Below are positions 37,880 to 47,197 of a stretch of 64,000 bases of DNA, piece by piece. Origin of the DNA: Candidatus Woesearchaeota archaeon (GTDB lineage Archaea > Nanobdellota > Nanobdellia > SCGC-AAA011-G17 > JACPNG01); NCBI GenBank assembly GCA_016185615.1, contig JACPNE010000003.1, positions 6,265 through 70,264 of the forward strand, written 5' to 3'. Position 1 is the first letter of the stretch. Each line of letters begins with the position of its first letter. The notes below the pieces were generated by a model. It searched no databases. It worked only from the letters and a program-made list of their open reading frames with translations, and had not been told where the DNA came from. A program made the position numbers and the translations under genes.

Positions 37880-40045
37880 TCAAGCCACAGAAGTTATAAC
37901 ATTAATTCCATTCGCTAATACATTAAATACAAATATTCCAATTAATGATATAATAAAGTATAATCCAACCCCAAATATTAAACTTTTCCCAAGTTCATAT
38001 TTTCTCATAATCTTATCATCATTATTTTCAATTGCATTCCTTAAAATTGTTAATACAATTATTATTTCTAAGATATAAATTCCTATAACCAATTGAAAAT
38101 GAAAGCTTGGGATTACATCCTCTATCCTTAATATTTCTATTAATCCTTGTAAATTTCCAACCCCTTCCTCATTTGTCAGAGATACTGATTTGAACTGCTC
38201 CCCAAGCTTATTTATTATTGTAACAACCATTGAAGCGACTCCGACAACAATTGCTGCTATCATTGGTGCTAAGAAACTCGCTTGAGATTTCATGCTGCTT
38301 ATTATTTCTGCTAATAAATCTTTCATCCTTTCAGCCACCTTATGAATTCTATCTGCATAAACTGAGATGCTGATAAGACTCTTTGATACAACTTCAGGGC
38401 CTTTCTTAGCACTCTCAATCAAAACTTTCATGCTACTTTCAATTAGTTTAGAAGGAAAGTAAAGCAATGCTCCCCTTTCTTGATTGAATATTGCTTCATT
38501 AACGCTCATTCCCAGTTTTCTAATATTTATATTTACAATTCTAAAGAAGTTTCCTGTTGGCGTTCCTTCCAAGTCTTCTGAAATTTTTCCGAATGCCGAT
38601 TCAACAGGAATTCCACTGCCAACCCTATTTCCTAATTGAAACAAACTTCCTGTAAACTCTCTTTCTAGTTTATCTGTCTCTCTTTTGATGTCAATTAAAT
38701 TTTTTGTGTTTGCTTTGTAATACATTCCAATTGCTAAAGCCAATCCTAATGGGACAAATAAACTAAGTATCAAAGACCAAATCCCATATGGCCCGATGTA
38801 TTTATTACATACCCCATTTATTTCTTCTAAACATTTGTAATCAAGAAGTTTGCCGCCAATCCCCTCCTCCAAGAATCCAACCTGATCAAAATCATTAGTA
38901 ATTAAATGTAGCAAAACGGGCATAAATCCAATTAGTAAAAAAACAAATCCGATTAATAAAGAGATTAATAATGCTGAATCATTTTTATATTTTTTAACTT
39001 CTGGATTATTCTCAAATAAATCACTCTCTCCAAAACCACTAACTCTTTTTGATAAAATATTAATTCCTAATATTAAGACTAAAGGGGGAAGTAAAAAATT
39101 GTAGATAATTGATAAATGCCACCATTTAACTGCACCCCTCAAGAAACTTGAAACTAAAGGAAATATTACAATTCCCAATATTGGCAATATAATTCCAAGC
39201 ATATGTAACATTGTAATTGGAGAATTTAACTCATGTGCAAAATGTAACATCTTGTCATATGTTCCATCAAGCATGACTTCTAAGCTCTTATCAAGCAAAG
39301 CGACTCTTTTTGATTCATTAGGCTCTTGTAAACTTGCTTCAATTAAATGTAAAGATTCTACAAACTCTAAATTATAATTTTTCCATCCCTCTAAATAAAC
39401 ATCAAGACTTTCTTTCATTGTTGAATATTTATCGGTTTCAACATCCCAGAAAACTTTTCTTAAATCCAAAGCCATTGGATTTCCTATGTGCTCCCCAGCA
39501 AATTTAATTGCTCTTTCTAAATTGCTTGTATGTCTCATATACATAACAACATAAAGAATGCATAAAACCATTTGATTACTTGCCTTTAGTCTATATCTGT
39601 TAGCCAAATAATTTGGTATTTTGCTTAATGGCTTTATTATTAATGCTCCTAACAACAACAGGAATAACGGGGTAAAGATTAATATTTCTCCAAGAAAAAA
39701 TGAAACTAAAGCAACTATGGCTGCAATTAGTATTATTATTCCGGCTAAAATAACTGAAAAACTATAAGCCCCAATTGGAGTTATGTCTAAATGTAATATG
39801 TTTATTGATTTTTGTAATTCTTCTTCATCTTTTTGTTGAGGTTTTATCTTGATAATCCCTTCGGAAAAATTGCATAAATTTTCATAAATTGTTGTTTTTT
39901 TATCCAATAATTCTTTTCTGAATATATCATATTCTCTGGAAAACACCTCATTTGTTGGAAGATTTTCAAAAGAAAGATTTGATGTGCTTTCTAATTTTTT
40001 GCTATACTCTCCAAGAATCCTCTTTGTTTTTTCATCAATCTGCAT
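37880..40045 (-). CDS. Type IV pilus/Tad membrane platform protein (TadB/TadC, ArlJ-like, two T2SSF-type halves)
   Basis: Multi-TM with SNLERAIKFA and LGNRVGSGIPVESAF cytoplasmic domains; 1 nt after the ATPase gene. Confidence 0.85.
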   Translation of the reverse strand: MQIDEKTKRILGEYSKKLESTSNLSFENLPTNEVFSREYDIFRKELLDKKTTIYENLCNFSEGIIKIKPQQKDEEELQKSINILHLDITPIGAYSFSVILAGIIILIAAIVALVSFFLGEILIFTPLFLLLLGALIIKPLSKIPNYLANRYRLKASNQMVLCILYVVMYMRHTSNLERAIKFAGEHIGNPMALDLRKVFWDVETDKYSTMKESLDVYLEGWKNYNLEFVESLHLIEASLQEPNESKRVALLDKSLEVMLDGTYDKMLHFAHELNSPITMLHMLGIILPILGIVIFPLVSSFLRGAVKWWHLSIIYNFLLPPLVLILGINILSKRVSGFGESDLFENNPEVKKYKNDSALLISLLIGFVFLLIGFMPVLLHLITNDFDQVGFLEEGIGGKLLDYKCLEEINGVCNKYIGPYGIWSLILSLFVPLGLALAIGMYYKANTKNLIDIKRETDKLEREFTGSLFQLGNRVGSGIPVESAFGKISEDLEGTPTGNFFRIVNINIRKLGMSVNEAIFNQERGALLYFPSKLIESSMKVLIESAKKGPEVVSKSLISISVYADRIHKVAERMKDLLAEIISSMKSQASFLAPMIAAIVVGVASMVVTIINKLGEQFKSVSLTNEEGVGNLQGLIEILRIEDVIPSFHFQLVIGIYILEIIIVLTILRNAIENNDDKIMRKYELGKSLIFGVGLYFIISLIGIFVFNVLANGINVITSVA

Positions 40046-40046
40046 C

Positions 40047-42308
40047 TTAAAGCTGTCTCATTCTTATTCTTCTTTTTAACCATTCTTCCCAACTAAAAAA
40101 TATTCTCTTATTGTCAAGGTATCCAACTTCTTCTTTCACTATCTCGCTTATCCTATGGAATTGGTCATTCGAGTCTATAACAAACTTAGCTTCTAATAAT
40201 GAATCATTTTTTAGTTTATCTGCATAATTAACTAGTGTTTCTTTTATTTTTGCTCTTAATAATATATTTTCCCAGATAGCATCCCAGTTACCAGCCCACT
40301 CCTTAACATTTCCGCCTATCTCCTTGATTATTTCACTGTCTCCGTTTATCAAGTCATCAGTAGGAATTAGCATGTCTTTCTTTGTATCATATTTCATCAG
40401 ATCAACAAATCCTCTTTCTCTCAATGGATCTTCTTCCCAATGTTTTCTTACTTCAGTTATTTGGGTAATCCTCCTCCATTTATGCAACCCATCCGGACTT
40501 TTCATTGGATTTGCAACAACAATGATGTCTGTTGCTTTAAAGCTAGTTTTTGGAACTTTCAAATCATTTACAACCCTATCAAATACCCCATAAGGAGAAT
40601 CTCCATGTATTGTACCAGCAACGACATTTGCTAATGCACCTATTCTCATAGCTTCATAAAGTGCAAATGCTTCCAAACTTCTTATCTCCCCAATTATTAA
40701 GCTAGAGTCTCCTAATCTTAGTGCTGTTCTTATCCCCTCATCAGCAGCTACTTCAGTTCCTCCTTTTGTCAAAGCACTTCTAACTTTCATCTGTTGGACA
40801 TTATATCCTAATTCTCTTAGGGCATCAACTGGCAATTCTAAAGTATCTTCTAATGTTATTATTCTATACTTTCTCATTATCTCAACCAAAATTGATCCCA
40901 ATAAGCTAGTTTTTCCAGAACTTCTAGTTCCTGCAACTAACATTGTTCTTGAGCCATCTATTAAGAAACTCAATAATCCTGATCCTAATGGACTTATCAT
41001 CCCATTTTTAATGAATAATGGCAAAGTCCAAGGCTTATCTCTATGTCTTCTTAGGGCATAAGCTAATCCATATGGATTTAATGGTCTTTGTATTATTGCA
41101 ACTCTTGCCCTTGAGCTTGGTAAAATTAATTCTGTATCAAGTATTGGATTTGCTTCATCTAATGGTCTTCCACTTAATATCCTAAACTTTGATGCCCATG
41201 ACTCTGCATCCTCATTGCTAGGAACTAAATTTGTTGAACATTCACCATAATCCTCATGAACTAGGAATATTGGTGTTTGTCCTACTGGAGCATTTAACGT
41301 TATATCTTGTACTTTTTTGTCTTCTAATAAAATTTCTAGTACACCAAAGCCAATAGTATATCTAACTAATATTTGTGCTAGTTCATTTAATTCTTCAAAT
41401 GTAACCTCTACATTTCTTGATTCAGCTAATTCTTGTAATAAATCCCTTCCAATATTAAAGAAAGTATTTCTCATTTTTTCTGGCTCTAGGAATTCTTCCT
41501 CTCTGGGCTTGTGTTCTGCTAATACCCCTCTAGCTAAATCCAATAATTCATATTTATCTTCTGTTAATTTAAATTCAGGGGGAGTTAAATGATATAATGA
41601 TTTTATATCTTTCTCAGTATTGTATATTACAACATCGCTTTCTCCGAAAGAATAAACACTTAATTGCTCTCCGTCTAATGGGTGCTGTGCCATTAATCTT
41701 GTAAACATAAAATCTGGGGTAATAATCGGTCTAAAGATAGATGAATACAAACTTCTGTCTCCAATTTTATAAGCTGCTAAATTTTTTCTTGCTACATTGA
41801 TTAATTTTGTTTTATCTAATATCCCGTAGACATATTCTAATATATTGATATAAGACTGTTGAACCTCAACTAAATCAAGAGGAACTTTATTTAATTTTAT
41901 TTTTTCTTCTCTTATTAATCGTCTTAATTCAATATACGCTCCAAGTGGATCTGCTCTAAGTAAATTTATGATTAGATCTTGTAATTTAGTCTGCCATTCA
42001 GCTAAAAAATTCATGGCTCCTGGTTTTGAAGCTATGTCTGCTAAAGTTAAAATTTTTTTCTGTTTAATAAGCATTTTATACAAATTGGCAATCTCAACAA
42101 GCATCTGTGTTTGTTCATATCCATAGCTATAATTTCTTCTTTGAGTAAAAACTATTCTTCCTGTACTTGGAACTTGGACTAAATAGTCTATAGTTTTAGC
42201 CATCACAACAGCATTACCTTCTATACTAGGAACAAAACTCCATTGATTAGCATTTATTCTAAGAATATCCTCTCTTCCCTCTTTTAGAACTTGATAATCT
42301 TCTGTCAT
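40047..42308 (-). CDS. Type IV pilus/Tad assembly ATPase (CpaF/TadA/ArlI family)
   Basis: Walker A GTRSSGKT, ITLEDTLEL, ALRLGD, IIGEIR, GTIHG. Confidence 0.93.
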   Translation of the reverse strand: MTEDYQVLKEGREDILRINANQWSFVPSIEGNAVVMAKTIDYLVQVPSTGRIVFTQRRNYSYGYEQTQMLVEIANLYKMLIKQKKILTLADIASKPGAMNFLAEWQTKLQDLIINLLRADPLGAYIELRRLIREEKIKLNKVPLDLVEVQQSYINILEYVYGILDKTKLINVARKNLAAYKIGDRSLYSSIFRPIITPDFMFTRLMAQHPLDGEQLSVYSFGESDVVIYNTEKDIKSLYHLTPPEFKLTEDKYELLDLARGVLAEHKPREEEFLEPEKMRNTFFNIGRDLLQELAESRNVEVTFEELNELAQILVRYTIGFGVLEILLEDKKVQDITLNAPVGQTPIFLVHEDYGECSTNLVPSNEDAESWASKFRILSGRPLDEANPILDTELILPSSRARVAIIQRPLNPYGLAYALRRHRDKPWTLPLFIKNGMISPLGSGLLSFLIDGSRTMLVAGTRSSGKTSLLGSILVEIMRKYRIITLEDTLELPVDALRELGYNVQQMKVRSALTKGGTEVAADEGIRTALRLGDSSLIIGEIRSLEAFALYEAMRIGALANVVAGTIHGDSPYGVFDRVVNDLKVPKTSFKATDIIVVANPMKSPDGLHKWRRITQITEVRKHWEEDPLRERGFVDLMKYDTKKDMLIPTDDLINGDSEIIKEIGGNVKEWAGNWDAIWENILLRAKIKETLVNYADKLKNDSLLEAKFVIDSNDQFHRISEIVKEEVGYLDNKRIFFSWEEWLKRRIRMRQL

Positions 42309-42391
42309 ATTTTGATATAAAGGCTAACGGAACTTTTTTATAGTCTTAAGTTTTATTTAATTTTAATAAGATAAATAGTTTTCGTTTTAAG

Positions 42392-42838
42392 ATGGCTCAA
42401 GAATCAGATCTTTCATATGTTCTAAGCGACCTAAACTCAAGGTTAAGGGTGCTTGAGAGTAGGTACAACATACTTGGGGAAAGACTTCTCGTAATAAATA
42501 AGAACATGATAGAAGAATATAAAAAATTGTTAAATGAGATTAGGGCAATAGACTCAGAATTAAAAGAATTTAAGAATGATTTATTTAATGTTAAAGAAAC
42601 TACAAAAAGGGTTCTTGACGAATTTGGAAGTTTTGCTAAAAAAGAAAACATAAAAGTCCTTGAGAAATATATAAATATGTGGAATCCAATTCAATTTATA
42701 AGGGAAGAAGACGTTGAAAGAATAGTAAGCAAAAAAATGGATAAGTTTGCAACAAAGGAAGATATTCAAAAATTAATAAAAGAGTTAACAACAAAAGAAG
42801 ATGTTAAAAGATTAATACGGGGTGAAAGATTTGGATGA
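42392..42838 (+). CDS. Coiled-coil hypothetical protein
   Basis: Heptad pattern; VLEKYINMWNP; short repeated (A/T)TKED(I/V) units. Confidence 0.75.
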   Translation: MAQESDLSYVLSDLNSRLRVLESRYNILGERLLVINKNMIEEYKKLLNEIRAIDSELKEFKNDLFNVKETTKRVLDEFGSFAKKENIKVLEKYINMWNPIQFIREEDVERIVSKKMDKFATKEDIQKLIKELTTKEDVKRLIRGERFG

Positions 42839-43481
42839 TATTCCTACTGAAGAAGCCATGGATTTGAATAAAAGGGGACTAAAAAAAGGAGAGATAGTTA
42901 AAAAATTAGAAGAAAAAGGTTACAGACCCCAACAAATAAATGATGCTTTTAACCAAATTGATATCAAAAGTGGGATAAGTGGAAAATATCCTTATGAAGA
43001 TGTTTCTCACCCGGGAATGGAATCTTCCGTATTAAACCTAGAAGAAGAGGCCCCTTCTCCAACACAAATGGAAGAAAGGGAGATTCCTCAGCAAAGGCAA
43101 AATATTTCTACTCCGCAAATACCTCAAGTTACACAACGAGATTATAGTGCAGATACAGAAGAATTGATAGAAGCTGTAATAGAAGAAAAATGGCAGGAGT
43201 TTATGGATAGACTCGGAGATATGGAGTCTTGGAAGATAAGAACCGATGATGATATTACATCAATAAAACAAGAGGTTATTAGATTAGGTAAAAGATTTGA
43301 TAACTTACAAAGTTCAATAGTACAAAAAGTAGGGGAATACAACCAAAATATAATGGATGTAAATACTGAAATTAAAGCACTAGAAAAAGTATTCCAGAAT
43401 ATAATAGATCCTTTAACAAATAATATTAAAGAGCTAGGAAGAATAACAAAAGATTTGAAAGGGAATAAAACTAATTTTTAG
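42822..43481 (+). CDS. Protein with N-terminal small helical domain, Pro/Gln linker and coiled coil
   Basis: KRGL...LEEKGY..QQI..A; EELIEAVIEEKW; long heptads. Confidence 0.75.
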   Translation: MKDLDDIPTEEAMDLNKRGLKKGEIVKKLEEKGYRPQQINDAFNQIDIKSGISGKYPYEDVSHPGMESSVLNLEEEAPSPTQMEEREIPQQRQNISTPQIPQVTQRDYSADTEELIEAVIEEKWQEFMDRLGDMESWKIRTDDDITSIKQEVIRLGKRFDNLQSSIVQKVGEYNQNIMDVNTEIKALEKVFQNIIDPLTNNIKELGRITKDLKGNKTNF

Positions 43482-44004
43482 CAGAAATTAATCTTACTGC
43501 TTGTGAAGCAATTACTAGAATAAATAATGTCCCCAACATTCTTGGATGGAAGAGTATTCTACCTATATCAAAAGTTATCCCCTCTCTTGCAGTCTCTTCA
43601 GAGCCATACAATCCTTGGATTACTGGACCATAAACTTGGGACATTGCAAATCCAAATATTCCTACAATAGCTATTATTGCTATTGTCCATACAACCCAAT
43701 TTTCTGAAAAAACACTTACAACTAATTTTTCATCCACTCCAACCATCATGAACACTAAGACTAACATTATGATAAAAATAAACATAAATACAAACCATGG
43801 TGTTGCTACATTCAAAACATCTTTTACTCCCGGAGTCAACATAAATAGCATAGCCATAGAAAAAGCAACAACTGTATTTATGTTGGAACTTTTTCCGAAT
43901 AAAGGCACCCTTGCAAGAATAGCATATAATACTCCAAATACAAATAAGAATGTGAATATTGGTTTGAAATAAACTACTAAACTTGTATCTAACACTGTTG
44001 CCAT
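43471..44004 (-). CDS. Multi-TM membrane protein, paralog 3
   Basis: FTFLFVFGVLYAIL...NTVVAFSMA. Confidence 0.75.
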   Translation of the reverse strand: MATVLDTSLVVYFKPIFTFLFVFGVLYAILARVPLFGKSSNINTVVAFSMAMLFMLTPGVKDVLNVATPWFVFMFIFIIMLVLVFMMVGVDEKLVVSVFSENWVVWTIAIIAIVGIFGFAMSQVYGPVIQGLYGSEETAREGITFDIGRILFHPRMLGTLFILVIASQAVRLISAKN

Positions 44005-44016
44005 TTTTAATTACTT

Positions 44017-44574
44017 TTAATTTTTACCCCCTCTAAGCTCAGTTGCTAATTTTTCTAAAATTCCCTCTTCTCCTTGTTTTTTCTCTTCCCTTGTTACAAG
44101 CCAAATGATTATAACAAATACACCAACAAAAATTACGGTTCCTTTCGTTTGATCATCAAGATTAGTCAAATAATCTGGAAGGTCTAATGTTTCTCCTATT
44201 GTATTAGAAGATAATGCCCAGATTATGAATATTAATGAAACAAAAAATGCTACACCCAATAAATTTCCAGTCCATCCTGCATGTTCTTTTCCAACAAATA
44301 TTCCAACTAATAATAAGAACATCAGTATTATTATCATAAATATAGAAACATTAGGTAAAAATCTATTTACTAGTCCAACCAAAGCTTGATTTCTTATGAA
44401 TAATAATGCTATAACAAGTGAAACAACTATATTCAATTGTTTCATCTTTCCCAATATTTTTGATTTGTCTAAAACACCGAATGCTAATGTAAAGACTAAT
44501 AAGAAAGGCAACAATACATCAAAAGCTCCAATCTCTTCACCTAAATTTAATAAATCTCTAAAATCAATTGCCAT
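44017..44574 (-). CDS. Multi-TM membrane protein, paralog 2
   Basis: LPFLLVFTLAFGVL.KS...NIVVSLVIA. Confidence 0.75.
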   Translation of the reverse strand: MAIDFRDLLNLGEEIGAFDVLLPFLLVFTLAFGVLDKSKILGKMKQLNIVVSLVIALLFIRNQALVGLVNRFLPNVSIFMIIILMFLLLVGIFVGKEHAGWTGNLLGVAFFVSLIFIIWALSSNTIGETLDLPDYLTNLDDQTKGTVIFVGVFVIIIWLVTREEKKQGEEGILEKLATELRGGKN

Positions 44575-45119
44575 TATGCTTTGTCCTCTTTTGGGGTTCT
44601 TACGATGTATAATATCACCCCAACAATTATTGCTAAGAATATTAATGAGACTATAAAGGTTTGGTCCCAGTTCTCAGCAACATAATCCAAAATCGGGAAT
44701 AACCACCCAATTGAATTCATGAAGACTGCTAACACTGCAACAAATAAAACAAATATCAAAAATAGTTTCCAATTTTTATGTTTATCAAAACTAAATGGTT
44801 CATCCCCACTAACTAATGCTCCTGCTAACATCATAAAACTAACTATTATGACTAAAATTAAGGCTATTTGGGGCATTGATTCCCTTATTGAAAATACAAT
44901 CTCTTTTGTCACAACAACAAATAATGCTATAACAAAAGCAACCATTGAATTGACGCTTTTTCTTGTTACTTGAGCATCTCCCTCTTTCTCCCTACCAAAT
45001 ATTGCCGATTTCTCCAGAATAGCATAAACTATTGTAAAAACAAGTAAGAAAGGAAGTATAACATTAAAAAATCCAAAATTTTCTAAAAAATCTAGTGCGT
45101 TCTCTAAAGGCGTAGCCAT
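44574..45119 (-). CDS. Multi-TM membrane protein, paralog 1
   Basis: LPFLLVFTIVYAILEKS...NSMVAFVIA. Confidence 0.75.
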   Translation of the reverse strand: MATPLENALDFLENFGFFNVILPFLLVFTIVYAILEKSAIFGREKEGDAQVTRKSVNSMVAFVIALFVVVTKEIVFSIRESMPQIALILVIIVSFMMLAGALVSGDEPFSFDKHKNWKLFLIFVLFVAVLAVFMNSIGWLFPILDYVAENWDQTFIVSLIFLAIIVGVILYIVRTPKEDKA

Positions 45120-45149
45120 AATCTACTAAAGAATAAATAGTATAAAAAT

Positions 45150-45425
45150 TTATTCCTTCTCTTCTTCTTTTTCTTCGTATGAAGGTATGGCTGATTTGCT
45201 AATTATTACTATGTCACCTATTGCCTTAACAAACTGATGAGGCACAATAACCCCTTTTGCTCCACCTAAAACCCTTGTTAAGAATGAATTTTTTGTTGCT
45301 CTAATTCTCCATCCAGAAATCTTATTCATAGTTAAAATGCCTTCTTCTATCTCTCCGAAATAATCTCCAGAATCAGTATAAACCTTCATATCATATGCGT
45401 CACTTATGTGTTTTATCTTTAGCAT
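45150..45425 (-). CDS. PRC-barrel domain protein
   Basis: MKVYTDSGDYFGEIEE...VIVPHQFVKAIGDIVII. Confidence 0.85.
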   Translation of the reverse strand: MLKIKHISDAYDMKVYTDSGDYFGEIEEGILTMNKISGWRIRATKNSFLTRVLGGAKGVIVPHQFVKAIGDIVIISKSAIPSYEEKEEEKE

Positions 45426-45482
45426 TTTTACCTCCCTATGGTTTTAGAAAGTATTTTAAGTATTTAAAAATTTATCTCCAAA

Positions 45483-46151
45483 ATGGAAACTTACAAAAAC
45501 TTAATTATTATAGGAACATCTCATATTTCAATAGAAAGTGTAAAGGAAGTTGAATCTATAATTATCAACAAAAAACCAGAAATTGTTGCTATAGAACTTG
45601 ATAGATTAAGATATAGGGCATTAACATCAGAAGGCAGAAGGGTTGGTATAAAAGACATTAAATACATAGGTGTAAAGGGATATCTTTTTGGTATGTTTGG
45701 GGCATGGATTGAAAAACAACTTGGGAAGATTGTCAATGTTAAACCAGGTTCTGAGATGATAAAAGCTATAGAATCTGCAAAAAAAGTGGATGCAAAGGTA
45801 GCATTGATAGACCAAGACATAAGAATAACCTTAAAGAAGATATCAAAAGAGCTTACATGGAAAGAGAAATTTAATTTTGTTAAAGATATATTTGTGGGAA
45901 TTTTTTCAAAAAATAAAGTTAAAATTGATTTAAGGAAGGTTCCAGATAAGAAGCTGATAAAAGAGTTAGTAATAAAATTAAAAAAAGATTATCCGACACT
46001 CTATAAAGTTCTTATAGAAGAGAGAAACCAGATAATTGCAAAAAACTTAAATAAACTAATGTCTACTGATAAAAGGATAGTTGCGGTCATTGGTGCGGGA
46101 CATACTGATGATGTGCTTGATATTATAAAAAATGAAAATAAACAAAACTGA
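45483..46151 (+). CDS. TraB/PrgY family protein
   Basis: GTSHIS, VAIELD..R, PGSEM, LIDQD, EERN, VIGAGH. Confidence 0.9.
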   Translation: METYKNLIIIGTSHISIESVKEVESIIINKKPEIVAIELDRLRYRALTSEGRRVGIKDIKYIGVKGYLFGMFGAWIEKQLGKIVNVKPGSEMIKAIESAKKVDAKVALIDQDIRITLKKISKELTWKEKFNFVKDIFVGIFSKNKVKIDLRKVPDKKLIKELVIKLKKDYPTLYKVLIEERNQIIAKNLNKLMSTDKRIVAVIGAGHTDDVLDIIKNENKQN

Positions 46152-46875
46152 GATAAAATATTTTGTTATAACTATTTTCTTCGTTACATTAGCATTAGCA
46201 TTTGATGATAAGATGCAAGAATTTGTATTAAGTAATTGGTTAACAAATTTTTTAGTTATATTAATTTTTGTTACAATCGCTGTTCTAGTCCATTATATTG
46301 GCCACAGATTAATGGCACGAAGATATAAGGTTGAAGTGGAGCACAGCATATGGCAAATGAGTCATTTTTACTTTACAAATTTTTTCTCAACAAGATTAAA
46401 AAAATCTGTACCGATTGGAATAATATTATCGATATTTATAAGTTTAGGTTCATTTGGACAAATGTTCTTTATTGCAATAGAATCATTTAATTTTAAGGAG
46501 AACAAACGTAGAAGAGTAGGTTTTAGATATGCAAATTTAACCGAATATGAAGTAGCTTTGATTTCTGCAGCCGGACCATTAGCCAATTTATTTTTTGCAT
46601 TACTGATAAAATTGGTTAATTTGCCATATCTTAATAATTTAATTTTCATAAATTTGTATTATAGCATCTTTCATATGATCCCATTCTCCGAATTAGATGG
46701 AAGTAAAGCACTTTTCAGCTCTCCTTTAATATATGTCTTTTCATTGTCTTTAATACTAATTTCATTATTGTTATTATACTTCTATTCCTTAACAATAACT
46801 GTAATATTATCATTACTTATTGCAATAATATTTACTACAACCTTTTTTATTGTGGTTTATGGGGATAGTTCATAA
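46132..46875 (+). CDS. M50 (site-2 protease)-like membrane protein, catalytic Glu replaced
   Basis: HYIGH, SAAGPLAN, HMIPFSELDG. Confidence 0.75.
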   Translation: MKINKTEIKYFVITIFFVTLALAFDDKMQEFVLSNWLTNFLVILIFVTIAVLVHYIGHRLMARRYKVEVEHSIWQMSHFYFTNFFSTRLKKSVPIGIILSIFISLGSFGQMFFIAIESFNFKENKRRRVGFRYANLTEYEVALISAAGPLANLFFALLIKLVNLPYLNNLIFINLYYSIFHMIPFSELDGSKALFSSPLIYVFSLSLILISLLLLYFYSLTITVILSLLIAIIFTTTFFIVVYGDSS

Positions 46876-47160
46876 AAAAGTAAAAACTCCTTTTTGCAAA
46901 AGCCAAAGAGCGGCAAGCCATGTAAGTATGTTAACTGTGCCGAAAATCGCCAAAATAAGAAGTGCTCCCGAAGCAATATCAATTAAACTTGTTAAAGATT
47001 TAATGAATATCACCCCCTTGATAATTAGATAAAGGCCGAATATCCAAGCCAGATTAGTTATATTGCTTGTATAAATATCAAAACGGAATAAAATCAGTAA
47101 GACTGCTGATATTAGATCCATAATTCCAAAAATATAAATTAACATTTTGGCATGTTTCAA
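46870..47160 (-). CDS. Small membrane protein
   Basis: Internally repeated D(L/I)..A.LL...LxxKG TM hairpins. Confidence 0.7.
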   Translation of the reverse strand: MKHAKMLIYIFGIMDLISAVLLILFRFDIYTSNITNLAWIFGLYLIIKGVIFIKSLTSLIDIASGALLILAIFGTVNILTWLAALWLLQKGVFTFL

Positions 47161-47197
47161 GATTAATTATATAAATCTATCCATCAATTGATAAAAT

